From positions 19,859,636-19,923,635 of the forward strand of contig JARFYF010000056.1 in NCBI GenBank assembly GCA_030265395.1: a stretch of 64,000 bases of DNA, given 5' to 3'. Within the stretch, counting starts at the first letter, position 1. Each line of letters begins with the position of its first letter. The notes beneath the pieces are model-generated. The model had not been told where the DNA came from and ran no database searches. It was given only the letters and a program-made list of their open reading frames with translations. Origin of the DNA: Rhina ancylostomus (taxonomy: Eukaryota). The position numbers were made by a program, and so were the translations under genes. Positions 46,503-61,484 of the stretch are shown piece after piece.

Positions 46503-49500
46503 AAAATTAAAACAATACATTAAATTAGTCTGTGGTTAGCAGCCCAGATTTTCTCGCAGGTTTCTTCTCACTGCTATGGGACAGAGGCAGAGAGAAATGG
46601 TTAAGAGAAGAGTGGAAGACAACGGGAAAAGCTTGAAATAGTTATTTGAAGTAGATATGAAAAAAATGTCACTACTTCTGAGAAGTCCAAAAATATAAGG
46701 TGGGCACTACTGCTTCCAGTAGGGACAACGCATTCAGCAGCAGGGAGAACCACCCAAACTCATCCCTTTGGTTCTATGGAAAAGAATCATCAACTACTTT
46801 TATGTTACTTGCTGATTGATTTCTGTTAGCTATTGCATTTACAGTACTTGAGTTCATAATATTTTTAAAGTTCTTCGAGGATGATAAAATCTGTTTGGCA
46901 GATGCTGAAGGACCTTGGAACAAAACAGAATGCTGAAAATACCCAGTAGGCCAGGTAGCATGGATAGAGAAATGGTCATACCACAGGTAGACCAGTGCTC
47001 ATCAGAATTCAGCTGAGGAACTTTGACCTAACTTTGAGCTTTCAACACAAACCAGTTGCACCTAGAGATTTGAAAATAAGTAGGAGCAAGATTAGGTCAT
47101 TTGGCTCCTTGTGTGTGCTCCCCAATTCGTGGTCGATCTTCTGCCTTGGTGCTATTTTGCAGCATTTAGCCCATACCCATTAATATCCAACAGTCTCTCT
47201 GTCTCATGGAGTGTGGGAGATTGAACTTGTTTCTTTGGTCTGGGTAATTCCTGTGTGGCTGTGCCAATCCTTGGGGAAATTGCAGTGGCTTATGGATGAA
47301 ATTAGCTGAGCCTACTGGCAGGTTTGTATCCTGGACCAAATGAACCTCCATTTCCGTGAAGCATAGGGAGTGCTTTGGTAGATGTGCTAACTTTTGTGGT
47401 TAATAAGACACCTTGTGCTCAAGATATCTTGATTTTGACTTAACATTGGATTTAAATGTTTAGTTGATGGTGGGAGGGGCAGGCAGATTTCCCTAATAAC
47501 ACAATCTCATCCAAGTGCCATTCACATTGTTATTTATATCAAGTGCGATTTAAATTTATGGCTGTTGCCAAAGAACAGTTACATGTGGTGCGGTTGCCAC
47601 TGCTTGTTCTTTCAAATGATTACCATTAAAATTCAAATAGCACTTGCCTTTAGTTCTATTCCCATTTTAATAGTAATGGTAAACTAAAAATAGCAGTTTT
47701 TGATGTAAAGGCATTGCTATTATCGGCAGTGATAATTCAGTGTTTTTGACTCATTCTACACCAATGATTCAGCCACTGTTATTACTGATGATTCAGCTTT
47801 AAGAGAGCTGCTCCGCAATCTGGAAAATGCAGTGCCACACTGTGTGGTGGGAAGAGAAGGTGTGGGAATTGTTGGGGGGGTGTGTGTGGGAGAGAGGAGA
47901 GATCACACTTCCCACTGAAGGAGCACTGCACAATCTGAAGGGCAGTGCTAAAGGACCACTGCATTATCGGGTGACGATATTGAGGGAGCAGAGCATTGTT
48001 AAAGAGAGGACAGGCCAGTAACTGAAGACACAAAATTTGCAGCTGTTGTAACCCAGCATGGATCTGTTTTTGCAAGGCAAGATGCAGGCGCATCTGATGA
48101 GACCCCAGCTTTGGTCATTTACTTGTAATGTATTGAGGAGGTTAATGCCCCAGAGTAGGCTGAATGATGTTATTGGTCAAAACCTATTTTAAAGTAGAAA
48201 TGTGGTTTTGATTGCATACTTGGCAATTTTTGGATTTAGCTGATCAGTGGGAGTTGGTGCTCACACTGAAATCCCAAGCGGTGGCTATGGTATCATAAGG
48301 AAAATCAGTGGCTGTGAATGAGGGAAACATAACCGATATAAGTGACTGAAGATTCTGGGAATAGTCTGAGGAATAACATGCACAGTTTCTCTTAACATGT
48401 AGGAATTCTGTCAGCTAATGTATGTACAGCAAAACCTGTGACCTTGCAAAATAAATGACCAGGTGATCTGTAGCGACATTGATTGAGGGATAGGTGTTGG
48501 CTGGAGACTGGTGTGATCTTCCTATTCTGAATAGCATCCTGAGATCTTCTGCCTTCACTGATGGGCTGGTGGGATCTTCACATTAAAAGGATGATACAAC
48601 TGAGAGCTGAACTCCCATTGGATGGTAGCCCTTCCATAATGCAGCACTAGCCTCAATATTGCTTTTTCTGGCAGGCTAGATCTCTCTGGATGTGCAGTGG
48701 TCAATCCATACTGTTTCTTTGGGTATGCAACAGTTACTTGGTGCACACCCCTCCGTGCAGCATTCTGTCAATATTGCCCCTTTTGTTTCTTGAGCTACCC
48801 TGGCACTGCTCCTCTGGCTTTGCTGGGAACATCAACCTTGATTTTACATTCCAGTCTCTGGTCCAGAAAATTAACCACGACCTCCTGACTTGGTTTCTCA
48901 CTAAACCTGGGAAAGCGGTAATGAGTGTGGACCCACCCTTTGGTGTCGGCAATGGGATGGAATTAACAACTTTGACGATCCCTTTTAAAAGAAAATTGAA
49001 ATGAGTCCAAATGATTGAATGGTGTTGAAACATGAAGAAAGCATCTTGCTGGCAGGACCCACAAGGAGAGAGAAGCAGAGATAAAATAGAGAGAGATTCA
49101 GTACCAAAATAGGGCCTTCAGTGCACCAAGTCCTCACCAACTGTCAGCCACCTATTTTCACTAATCCTACATTCATCCTGTTTTTTAAATTCTCCATGTG
49201 TTCCCATCAACTCTTCCCAGAACCTACATTGGCAATTTACAGTGGCCAATTAACCTACTAACCTGCACATTTTTTTGAGATGTGGGAAGAAACTGGAGCA
49301 TCCGGAGGAAGCCTAGGCAGTCAAATGGACAATGTGCAAACTCCACACTGAGGTCATGACTGAAGCTTGGTCTCTAGTGCTGTGAGGCAGTGGCTCTACC
49401 AGCTGCCTTAGAACTAAGTCGAGAAGGTGGGCAGTTGATGAAGGGTTGTTGATCTGGGGGGGCCAGTTTTGTTTCCAGGCCCACAGGCAGTCTGGTTTTC

Positions 49501-52500
49501 CAGACATGCATGGTCAACCCTTGGGAGTTCAGTGTGGGTCTAGGATTTCACATGGTTTGCAACTTCACTGTGGACTGTATTACAATATCATTCATATAGC
49601 GTTGCTCAAAGCCAGACTCCAGGATGCTCTTGCTCCAAGAGTCTTAAATCCCAGTGTTATGAAATGGGGAAATGTTTTGGGTCCCACAGGAAATAAGGGA
49701 GTAATGATTAAATTGCAGCTCTTTCAGTATTTCATATTATCCATTTTGCTGCTTTTAAATTTTATTTTATACAATCCTCTACCTATAGTAATAAACTGCA
49801 TCTGAACATTTTAGTTTGGAGTGAGAGGATTTGAAAGGCTCTGTTTACTTTCTAGGTCATGCTATGATGGCATCTAGATTGATGCCATTATGGCCTGTAG
49901 CCCCGACCTCCCCAAATGAGAGGGAATCCAGTTTTGATTCCTGCTCTGGAATATTCAAGGACACCTGGGAGGAAGCTTTCTGGGCCATTCTCTGTCTGGG
50001 TTCACTTGAAGGGTTGGTCGCTGAGACTCTGTGGTAAGTAGGGAGGGGGATGAGTTAGGGGTGAGGCAATAAAACATTACATTCAGATCGCTGAGAAAAC
50101 AAATGTATGTCAACACAATTAATGATCCACCCATTTCTTTCCTATTGATAAATTTTTATTTATTAATGTACAGGATATTCTTGGCACAGCAGTTATTTAC
50201 TACCTACCATTGACTGGCTTTAAGAGGGTGCTGGTGAGTCACCTTGAACAGCTGTAGGCCATCTGGTGAGGGTACTCCTAGTGTCATTAGTTAGAGAGTT
50301 CCAGAATGTATACTCGTGCTGAAGTAACTATATTTCTGGCAAGATGATGGGCCATTTGAAGATGACTTTGCAGATAGTGGCATTTCCCCTATGCATATTA
50401 TCCTTGCCTTGCAGATGGTAAAAGTTGTAGTTTTGTGTAAAAAAAATATATTGAAGAAGCCTTGATGAGTTACAGCAGTGAATTTTGTAACTGGTACACA
50501 CTGCAGTCCACATGTGCTGTGGTGGAGAGATTGAATGTTTAGGGTGAAAGTTGGGATGTCAGTCAAGTGGCTTCTTTGTCCTGGATATGTTAAACTGAGT
50601 TTTCTTGGTCCTGCAATTGTCCAGGCAAGTGGATGGTATTCCATCACACTCCTGGCATGTGACTTGTAGAGGTTAGAAAGGCATTGTGGAGTCAGGTAAG
50701 CTGTCTACCTTGGGATTGTTGACCAGAATTTTGAACTAGTCAATGGTTTTCAAGCAGTTTGTATGAAGAGTGACGGAGATGGAATGGACACAACTGTCAG
50801 CCCTGCCTGATAATGACTTTTCCTGCATTTGGCCTGAAAGGGTTGTGGGTTTTCTTGGGTCTTTTACTTGAAGTCAAGACTGCAACTCCAACATCTCATT
50901 TTAAAACAAAAGGGGAAACNNNNNNNNNNNNNNNNNNNNNNNNNNNNNNNNNNNNNNNNNNNNNNNNNNNNNNNNNNNNNNNNNNNNNNNNNNNNNNNNN
51001 NNNNNNNNNNNNNNNNNNNGTAAATCTGCTTCGCTATTTACTGCAGCTAATATCATAAGTATCGTGAGTGGAATATTTCATAAAAGAAAGCTGTGAACTT
51101 TACGTCTGACAAGTGTTTGAACGTGTTCATCATATACTTGTAAACGAGAATTCTTGCGAATACCTTTGTCTTTTTCCTGGTTTACAACCTTTGTCGGTTG
51201 CTGGTTTTCCTTTTCTTTACGAACAGAATACACTATTCTTTTGCCACAACCAAGCGCTTTACTAGATTCCTCCACTGCTCCCGAAACATTCATATTTATA
51301 GCTAAATATCTAAAGCAAATTTGCCCTAGGTTGGGATATAAAGTTCTGCACTTCAGTGACGTTGATCTGGTACACCATCACCACATACAACCTGGCAAAG
51401 GAATCTATGTCTTCAGGATCATCTGGGATGAAGGATGTTAAAGGAAAGCATGAAGTTAGTGACTGATGCTGTTGTAGGGATGAGTGATGCTTTGATGGAA
51501 CAGCAACAGCAACTCACCAATTGCACGTGATCCAGCACCCAGTATATGTAACAGTAGTGTACAAAAACTGTTTCCCTTGGCACTGAATAGTAGTCTAACT
51601 AATGGAAATATGGGGTGGAGGGAACCAAACAGAATATTAAAAACAAAATCCTTTTGAAGAATTCAGGGAAAAGCTGGCATGATCTGCTTGGATCATTCAC
51701 ATGTAAAGGAGAATTGTTGGATAGAACTGGAATTGTATTTAGTGTTCACATTTCCCTCCTAACCCTCTAAGATCCTGAAGGTATATTATGAAGCATTCAA
51801 CACCCCACCCCCTTGCATGAAACCCAGACTTGGATCAAACATTGAGCAATGCAGGTGAGAGTTTCAATGCAACTACTTCAGTTAGTGGCAAAAGTTTGGA
51901 ACGGACAGTTCAGGGAGTCCAAAGTGGCACATCTCTCTTGCTCTCTCCCGCATATGGTGCAGGTGAGGTTAGAGAATCTGAGTGAAGCTTGGGTGAAGGA
52001 AAGTAGGGGGTGGTGTGCAGGAGATGTTGCTTAGAGCAAAGGTGGCAGGAGGTGGGGGTTCTGGTGATGAGAACAAGGTCATAAGCAAAGTTGAGGACTG
52101 AAAGTGATTGGAGATGTAAGTGTTTATGTGCAGAAGGTGAATGGAATTGTTGGTGTTTTGGTTGAAACCCTGCATCAATTCCTTTCCTCCCAGAGATGCT
52201 GCTTGACTGAATTCCTCCAGCAGATTGTTTGTTACTCCAGATCCCAGTAACTGCGGTGTCTTGCATCTACAGAAGGTGAATATTCAAATTCTGTCATTTT
52301 TCAGGGGACTGATGATTTTACTAGTCACTTACATTCTGACGTGCTCAATGTACATTCACCATGGGTTAAAAGAGATAAAAGACAAAGGAGATAGCAGGAT
52401 GAAGGTATTATTAATGGATCTCATTTTGTTGGTAAAGTTCTACTCAATGATTGAGACTGTGACCAGTGGGACAATTTCCTAACACTCAGCAAAAACTCAC

Positions 52501-52733
52501 AACCCAATGAATGCTTCTTGTTATACAACTATTATATTTCATCTTTAATAACATTTTCATCCCTCACACCATTAACAGGCTTAAGATTTGACAATGTAAA
52601 AGTTATTTAAATTGTCTTACTAGGACCTACAGCTATTTGCCTAGAACTTTACAAAGTTGTTGACACCAATGATACTAATTTATAAATTATGTTAAAGACC
52701 ACCAGATAGAATGTTTAGAGTGTCTCTGACCCT

Positions 52734-53546
52734 TTAAGAATATTTGGTGTTAGAGATTTTTTTCCAAAGTAGTGTTTTGATGTTGTTTAACAGCAGTGAA
52801 TGATGTACCTCCATCTGGCTTGCTAAGCCATTCAGTGTCATGCAGGTTTGTAAGTGTTTCTGTAGTTCATCTCTGAAATCAGTGGGTGCCCCATACAGCA
52901 GATATTCCTGCAGTAAACCACAAATTTTGGCCAGATTTGGCTGTATCAGTTCAGTATTGCATTGCTTCACGAGTTTGTCACAAGTTGCCATGCAGTCCTT
53001 CCCGTGTGTGCAGTCTGTGTTGTGTTCACAATGACGCCCTTTATAGAAATCTTTAAGAGTCATTTCTGTTACCACCTTTCTGAGGTTAACCATTTTAAAA
53101 TCATATTTCTCATTGTAGCCAATGTTACCTGGGTCGGTGTCACAGATGTAAAAACTACCGTAAGTGCCGTGAAAAATCTCCTCCACAAATTCTAGGAGTC
53201 CAATGGTGATTTCTGCTCGCCTGGGCCATGCAGGAGCAAACCATCTGTTCAGACTTTTGTGCACCACTGAGGGCAAAACTGCCTCAAGGAAACGTGGCAT
53301 CTTGATGCTATAGAGGGAGTGGTATGGAATCTTCTCAGTGATGTACAAGTCCCCACAGAAGCCCAGCAACTGTGCTGTGTGTTCTTTCTCATGCAGAGAA
53401 ACTATCAATAAAAACTCATTGAGCTGAAGCAAAGCCCAGATAGACTTGGCTTCTGCTAAGGACACCTTCTTGTCCTGGTTAATATCAGCCATGCTGATTA
53501 TTCTGGTGACAAGGTTTCCAAGTGATTGTTGATCTCCAAGACTAGC
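52734..53546 (-). CDS. DIPK1B: DIPK1B terminal exon (EF-hand and kinase-like domain)
   Basis: Acceptor tttatttcag|. EF-hand-like ADINQDKKVSLAEAKS, LLGFCGDLY, PAWPRRA, and C-terminus LLWKKISNTKYS as in DIPK1B. Spliced total is 1296 nt = 431 aa. Confidence 0.97.
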   Translation of the reverse strand, partial: ASLGDQQSLGNLVTRIISMADINQDKKVSLAEAKSIWALLQLNEFLLIVSLHEKEHTAQLLGFCGDLYITEKIPYHSLYSIKMPRFLEAVLPSVVHKSLNRWFAPAWPRRAEITIGLLEFVEEIFHGTYGSFYICDTDPGNIGYNEKYDFKMVNLRKVVTEMTLKDFYKGRHCEHNTDCTHGKDCMATCDKLVKQCNTELIQPNLAKICGLLQEYLLYGAPTDFRDELQKHLQTCMTLNGLASQMEVHHSLLLNNIKTLLWKKISNTKYS

Positions 53547-54380
53547 CTGAAATAAAGTGAAAGCATTGTGATTGACAGCACTGCAGGAATACTAAATACA
53601 GTCTCAAAGTAAGAACAAGAACACTATAAGCACAGGTTTGTGTGAATCTTCTACACTAAGTGTCAGTTGGAGTTCAGTGAGGAGGAAATGTGGTGTAGAG
53701 GAGGAGAAAGGTGAAAAATAAACCAAGAGGTAATAGTGGATTGATAAGGGATTCTGGGGGAAGAGGTTCATAAGCTGTCTGTGGTTTAGAGCTGGTGAGT
53801 TGAAAGATGATGAATGAATTATGGTGTGAGTAGTGTTACCTGAAGGTCAGGTGTGAATGTATGTTATAGAAACCTTTTTCAGTCCTTGAATAAACTGTTT
53901 TTAAAATCATGGTTCTAGTATTTACAGTTGGGTATCAAGTAAAGGAAACATGGCACGTTTATGCTATAGGGGGAATGGTACGGGATCTTCTTAGTTATGT
54001 ACAAGTCTCCACAGAAACCCAGGATGGGTTTCAAGGATGCTGCAGAGGCAAGTGAGTGTTCCTGAAGCTCCCTCTTCACCTCCATTATTATTCAGGATCT
54101 GGTAAATGCCCCCCCCCCCCCATGACTGGCAGAGTGGCTAAAGATCCTGCCATTTATAAGAGGTGATATTCACTTCTGAGGAATTCCTTACAACTGAGAA
54201 GGATTCCAACAGGTGTGTCTTTCATAATCTACTGTTATCAAGTGGAGGGAATCTTTGGGCTTAAAATTTGATTTGTCTGAAACCAATTTGACTATCATGA
54301 CAGATCCAGAACCTGATTCAATCTGTCAGATTAGAGTTTCAGAATCAGAGACACTTGATGGGAAATTCTGTTAAACCAAC

Positions 54381-54557
54381 CTTAAGGAATGTTAGCAGCA
54401 TCTCCTTGAACTCATCCATTGAGGTCCCTCTGGTTGGTTTGTCAAACAGCACAAGGTCTCTCCGAGGCAGAGTCTCTGGGTTTAGATCTGCTCTGAAGGC
54501 ATCTTCTATCCCACACTTAATAATGACTTCCTTCCCTCTCCAGACACCACCATAAAC
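54381..54557 (-). CDS. DIPK1B: DIPK1B exon 4 (VYGGVWRGKEVIIKCG...FDKPTRGTSMDEFKEMLLTFLK)
   Basis: Acceptor cccccag|, donor AAG|GTTGGT, 177 nt. Conserved LVLFDKPTRGTS motif. Confidence 0.95.
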
Positions 54558-55259
54558 CTGGGGGAGGTTAAAAGATAGCAACATTACAGGAAGTAATACA
54601 GGGTATTACCGACCCCCCAGCCCCTCAACTTACCTTCACCACACCTTCCTTTTCATTTGTACCTCTTGTATTTCTCCTGACCAGTAGTCTTTTAGAGTGT
54701 ATTGGTGCTGTGCATGGTGGATTATTGTGTGTCTCAACACCAATTTGTGTGATCAGAGAAGCTTTTGTATGGGGGGAAAAAATGAAAATTCATCAAGTTG
54801 ACCTTCTACCAAAGAGGTGATAATGGAGTTGACTAATCATGGCAATCAATCCCAATCAATTAGTTTGAAACAGGCCCAGATATAAAGCAAGTTAAGAGGT
54901 TTGAAAATCCTAGGTCACCCATGCCTCTAAGGTACGTTACAGTTAGCACTATCCACTCTTATACACTGTACCTTAAAATGTAATTTTCCAAAAGTTGTAT
55001 TCAAGCTATGGTCCACGTATATACCTCTGTCAAGAAATGTCCATTAGATTCATTCATGCTCAACCACCACATTAAACAATACAATCTCATAAAAGTACTC
55101 TCCCAAACCTCAAATACAGCTGGTATCCTTTGCTCTGAGTTGCACTTCATTTCACAATGCAGGCTCAGAATCTGAGCTGCATTTGCCAGAAGCAATATCT
55201 GAAGCAATGATAAGAGCCCTTTGTCAATCTGGTGGATGAGTAGTGTCTTTCTCATAAAG

Positions 55260-55880
55260 TCATACAGCATGGTAACAGGCTATGTGGCCCATCCGATCCA
55301 TGGGCACTGATATGTATCAATCCATCTTCCAGCACCTGCTCCATAGACTTCTATGCTTTGGTGATTCAAATGCTCATCTAGATGCTTGTTAAATGCTAGC
55401 AATGATTCTGTTTCCACCACACTCTCAGGCAGTGCATTCCAGGGACTCACCACTCACTCAGTGAAAAAGATCCCCTCTACATCTCTTACCCCTTGCCCTG
55501 CATCTATATCGCCTAGTGTTATCTACCTTTGATATGGGGAAATATTTCCTGCAGTCTCCCCTAGCAATACCCCTCAAACTTTATATNNNNNNNNNNNNNN
55601 NNNNNNNNNNNNNNNNNNNNNNNNNNNNNNNNNNNNNNNNNNNNNNNNNNNNNNNNNNNNNNNNNNNNNNNNNNNNNNNNNNNNNNTATATACCTGAATC
55701 ATGTCCCCTCTTAACATCCTCCACTCTGGGGAAAACAGATCTAGCCTCTCCAGTTTGTCCTCATTACTGAAACCCTTCATCCCAGGTAACATCCTGGTGA
55801 ATCTCCTCTGCACCCTCTCCAGCACTATCACATCTTTTCTAAAGTGTCGTGACCAGAACTGAATCCAATACTCCAGACTT
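55260..55880 (-). mobile_element. CR1-type LINE 3' end
   Basis: Minus ORF LEYWIQFWSRHFRKDVIVLERVQRRFTRMLPGMKGFSNEDKLERLDLFSPEWRMLRGDMIQVY, the CR1 ORF2 C-terminus. Confidence 0.9.
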
Positions 55881-57239
55881 CTGAAGTCCTTTAACCAAAC
55901 AAGTTCTTTAAACACACATTATTCTTGATCTTAGCTGTTTATGAGATCTTTCATTGCACAAATTGGCTGTTTTATTTGTCAATTGAGCAACATTGACTGT
56001 ATGTCAAAATAATTCATTGATTGTGAAGTCTTTTAACGTATGTTGAAGATGTAAAGTGGTGTGTTGGTGTAAGTTCCTTCATATTAATCTTTCATCTAGT
56101 CTCAATTATTGCATGATGTCCTGGATGACTCTGAATGTTGAGTGTTTAATAATGGGGTTCACTCAAAGTTCTGCTGTCTTAACTCACACCAAATCCCATT
56201 CACCCATATTAGTTCTCAATTCTAGTGATGCTACAATTATTGTTCAAATATCACCACAGATTCTGATGCCACCCTTGGTGACTTGGAGCCATATTTTTGT
56301 CTGTTAATGCTTCTGAGAAATGCCTTGATTGTTAAAATATACGTGAACTATAAATACAAGTTGTTGTATTTATATATTCTCAAAAAGTCTCTACGTATTC
56401 CCCTCTGCCTCCTGAAGGCAAAGCCATGTTTCCACATGATGTATCTCTGGATTCATTCAACTAACTCGCATTTGGCTTGGCTTAATATCTTGCGAAACAC
56501 AGGATCATAAATACCATATTCCAGATTTACCTCCAATATTATTTATTATAATTTGACACTAGCTTAAAATAAAGATTTCTTTGATTGTTTCCTGTAATTT
56601 GTTACCTTTTGTGAAGGAGGAAATGAGCTGGATTAAGCCTGGAGCTGGACTGTGCTGAGAATGTCTTTATGACAGGCCCTCAATGAGTGATACACAAACT
56701 ATCTCCTGTGTTTTTGTGTGATTACCAACTCCGTCTCTTGGGCAGTGCAGATTAGTAATAAGGATAACAGCTGCTGTCAACAGCTTCAGTTCATAGGAAC
56801 ACCCTCCAAAATCCCATATGGCACAAATGCAATAACATCCTCTTTACGTGTAGAATTTCCTTAGCACTCTTGACACTAGTGAGTGATGTGCTCATTGACC
56901 TCCGAATGAAGAAATAATATCTTAAATGTTTACCCTTTTTTTTTAAACTAGAGTCCATGTCCCAGAATTTCAGGTGGCCATTTTTACTCCAAAGCAGTTT
57001 GGGGGCAGGGCAGCTTTGGATCTGAGCTGTAGAAAACCCAAGTTCAAAGCATGGAGGTGAATTGTTTAAATTTGCCTTTTATATTTCAGAGGAACTAGAA
57101 TTCTGATAAGTGTTGGCCTGGCTATTTCTTGTTCCTTTGCATAAACATGTCTCCCAGTCCCCATTGAGCCTGGCTGTCAACCACAATGTGGCGACCATTG
57201 TATAAGCACTGGTACTGGTTTCATCAATAAATCGAGTAC

Positions 57240-57347
57240 CTGATTCACGGGGTTTGATGACAGGCATTGCTGAAAGAGCAGTTTATTTTCTTCACACAGG
57301 TCCTTGCATGCAGATCCAGAAATAATTCCTTTCTTATAACGATCGCA
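57240..57347 (-). CDS. DIPK1B: DIPK1B exon 3 (CDRYKKGIISGSACKDLC...NPVNQ)
   Basis: Acceptor ttttcccag|, donor CAG|GTACT, 108 nt. Cys-rich FAM69 N-terminal motif. Confidence 0.95.
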
Positions 57348-57649
57348 CTGGGAAAAATATATCATACTGTAGGTCAGAGTGCTTTTAATAATTATTACCT
57401 AAAACAAGAACAACATTCCAATTTCCTGATATGTGAAACATCCTATTCACAGTTCAGTGAACAATGACAGAGCTCAGGGCCTAAAACTTGGTCAGTTTCT
57501 CCTCTGATGTTGTTAAGGGTTCCCTCTTGTCTTCATTGCCTTCGTTTATCTGAGGTCCTGCTTTCGAGTTTAGTGGCCTGAATGGAAGCTTAGGTCTAGA
57601 ATAAGTTGCATGAAATTAAAGAATTCAATAACCACCCTTTTTCTCAATT

Positions 57650-57930
57650 ATAGAATGTAGAACAGTCCAGCGCTGGAACAGGCCTTCAGCCTGCCATCTT
57701 GTGTTGAACTAATTAAGCTAGTAACACCTAATTAAATTAATCCCTTCTGCCTGCACATGGTCCATAATACTTCATTCTCTGCATATTAATGTCTTAAATA
57801 CCTCTTATCATAAATGCCTCTACCACCACCCCTGGCAGTCACATTCCAGGCACCTAACAGTCTGTGTAAAAAAAACTTGTGCCACACATCTGCTTTGAAC
57901 CTCCCCTCACCTTAAATGCATGTCCTTTTG
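57650..57930 (-). mobile_element. CR1-type LINE 3' tail, same subfamily as 21700-22000
   Basis: High similarity to 21705-21995 (aactaattaa...aatcccttct...cctctaccaccacccctggcag...tcaccttaaatgcatg). Confidence 0.8.
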
Positions 57931-58169
57931 TATTGCACATGTGATTTTGTTAAATTACAGATATTGTATAAACCAGATGTAGGCTATGGTATTTACTATG
58001 TGGCATCGCATTTTACTATGATGATACTGAATAACATTATGAACACAACCCCTTTTAAATCAGCTTTGCTTATTTTGCTTTTGGTGTTTCACTTATTGAT
58101 TTTTTAAAAATTAAATGATTTCTTTAATAACTCAGCATTGACTATGGAACTAGTTTTTCAGTCTTATCA

Positions 58170-58352
<183 letters not shown>

Positions 58353-59859
58353 CTACAAAAAGAAACACAAATAGTTCAAGTCCCAAGTAGGATGTACTAT
58401 AGCTCAACACACAGCTTCACTGCCACAAGTTGCATTAATCACCAAGGGGATAACAAATATGTGGGATCACCAACCAGTGAGACAATGGAGAATGACAACA
58501 TTGTCAGTTTCAAGATTGTATTGGGGAAAAAAAAATCAGGATCCTACAGCTGCCATAAGTTACCAAGGAGGGTGGACACTTGGGAACACGTGTAGTCCAG
58601 TGGATGGATATGCTCCGTGTTGTTAAAGAAAATCGGTGGTGGTAGCTACATTCATCCAGTGATGGTGAATGGATTTGTGACATGCAGCCAATGGAAGTGA
58701 GAGGGATGTTACTTGCAACCACTGGAGTGCATTCATTTGCTATGGCTGAAGTGATTTACATGCATCCATTGGAGAAGGATGCAAGCTGAATCTATGGGTG
58801 AGAGGTGAGTTGTGTTCATCCAGCAGACGGGCACTCACAAATAACCTGATCAGAAAGAAAATACTTTTCTTCAAATAAAGCAGATTGGGAGAAGAGGTAA
58901 AACCCAGGCTGATCTGACAAGACAGAGCAGACTGAACCACAGAGCAAAGAAGGGTGGATTATAAAATGCAGAAATGGGGACAGGAATCGATAGTGAGAGG
59001 ATTAAATAAAGACTAGTGTCGCTGACGTGGCCTTTAGCCTGGTGTTGAACTGGGGTTTGGCCTATGCTCTGTGCTGGACTGTAATTGGACAGGTAAAGTC
59101 TGAGAGTTAATGCAATTTAATTGTACATTTTGTTTTAAAGAGGAAAAAAGTAAAAATATTCAATTCCATGTCTCACCAAGCAATTTCCTGAAATTTACAG
59201 GAATCTTTGAGTGTACAAACCTCACTCACCACAGAACTAAATCTGAATCCATCTTGTACTTGTTGTGGCTTTAAACTCTGCTTCAGAAAATTGAGCAAAT
59301 GGTCCAGGCTGTGACTTTGAGATGAGGGCAGCTTCCTTTGAACTGAGGCCCATTCACGCTCTCCGTTGGACATAAAAGGTCCCATAGCACCATTTCCAGA
59401 ACAGGAGAATTCATAAAAACAAGCAGTAAAATCAGAAGCACTTGGTTCTGTAAAGAGCTATCCATTCCCTGGAACATTCTCCAGAGCTCTGCAAATGGTT
59501 CCTTTTTAAGTACTTGTCAATGTCCTTTTTGAAAGTTACTATTGAATTAATTTCCAAAGTCCTTTCAGATAGAACATTCAACTTCTCCCAGTATTCTGGA
59601 CAATGTGTACCTTTAAACAAATATCATCAAAGTATCATCTACTGCTGTTGGGATTTGGCTTTGTTGAAAGAGGCTGCTGTGTTTGACTATATTATTATAG
59701 CTTCCAGTGTTGAGTATGAATCATTTTTGGGGTTGAAACTTATTGTGTAAATTGATTTAGAATCACAGAATGAAACTGCACAGGAGAAGCCCAGTGACCT
59801 ATTGCTGATCAAACTGTCTCTTCAGTAAAGCAACCTCATTACTGTGACTGAAAATAAAA

Positions 59860-60245
59860 GAGACTTAAGATGCTGGAATCTGGAACAAAAAAAATCAGAA
59901 AGCTGGAAGAACTCAGCAGGTCAAATGGCATCTGTGGAGGCAAAAGGTTGTATATCGATGTTTTGGGTTAAGACCCTGCATCAGGGCTGAGAGAGAAGAG
60001 GAAAGATTTCCAGTACATAGCAGTCCAAGGGAGGGTGGGCCAGAGGCTGGTAGCTGATCAGTGGAACCAAATGGGGAGGGGATGATGGGCAGATGGAACC
60101 TGCAGGGGAGAGGGAGGAGATGGGAAAGGGAGAAGACAATTGGGTGGACAGGTGAGTGTGAGTGGGGGTGTGGGTTACCTGAAACTGGAAAATTCAATGT
60201 TCATACCAAGGGGTTGTACCACCCAAGCAGAATACAAGATGTTGG
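59860..60245 (-). mobile_element. Penelope-like element 3' remnant
   Basis: Minus translation ...QPLGMNIEFSSFR* plus terminal repeat (gatgctggaatctggaacaaaa...gaactcagcaggtc...catctgtggagg on +). Confidence 0.65.
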
Positions 60246-61484
60246 AGTCATGTGAAAAGTCATTCCTAATACTGCTGTGTATTTTCTTTCAAATCGTATA
60301 TCTAGTTATGTTTTGAATCTTACTATTGAATCTGCCTTTCAAACAAATTTCAACTCACTACGTGAAAAATGTTTTTTCATATCACTTCTGCTTCTTTCAC
60401 TGACAATGCTATTGTGACCTTGTCCTTATAAACTGCACACCATCCGACACCTTGCCTGCAATGTCACAGGTGCCCACGTGCTCCACAATGAGCTAAGTAC
60501 TTTTGAAGTCTGGTTACTGTTGAAGTGTGGGAAATGCACAAACCAATTTGTACACAATGGGTTCCAACAAAAGAATTAGGTAAATGACAACATCATCGGT
60601 TTTATATGTTGCTTAAGCGATAAATACAGGTTAGGGCATTCAGGTAAACTTTGGGCTTTTTATTGAATAGTATTGCAGCAGTTTAACATCACATTTGTAA
60701 TACTGGTACATTCAACATTCACTTATGGCACATCTTTTAATGAAGTGCTCCTGTCACAGCACAGCACGCCTTCAGGTCTGATATTTCAACAGTTGGCAGT
60801 CCTCAGTCCTGTCCCTCTATCAGTGCCTATAGTGCAGCACTTCTACAATACTGCAGAGTTAACCTAGATTAAGGGTTGATTATTCAAAAGGTTGCGTATC
60901 AAGTGTCCCTCCAGCCATGGCAGCAGTATACAATGGGCTGAGTAATTATCTGGTACCATGTTTTACATAAGCAACTGCATTCATGGCTATCCTCTGCAAT
61001 CGCACACCACACAAAAGATGCATTTCACTGTGTGTTTCGATGTACATTGACTAATAAAGTTATCTTAATCTTATCCAGGGGCCAAGTAATAGCAAATCCT
61101 TTGATACTTGAAACTTGATACTTTGAAACGGAAGAATCATCACTGTCCAGTCATGAGGCAGTTGAGGGCACACCAGCAACAAATGTCTGGAAACCTCAGC
61201 CTTCTTGTTCAGATGAGAGGTTTTGATTACAGGGGTTAGTACAGAGTGCACAATGGCAAGGAAATACATAAAACTAGAGGAAACTGATTGGATGATATAG
61301 AGAAACAATGGGTGCAGACTAGAAGTATAGAGAACAGTGATACACCGGATGCCACATAAATAACTGACATTTAGAATAACTGGCCCAACTGTCAGAGAAA
61401 TCTGTGTGAAAATTAGAAGATGATTCCCTAATATTCCCAGTAATCCATCTAAAGTATAAAAGATGTTTGATATTACAGTCAAGA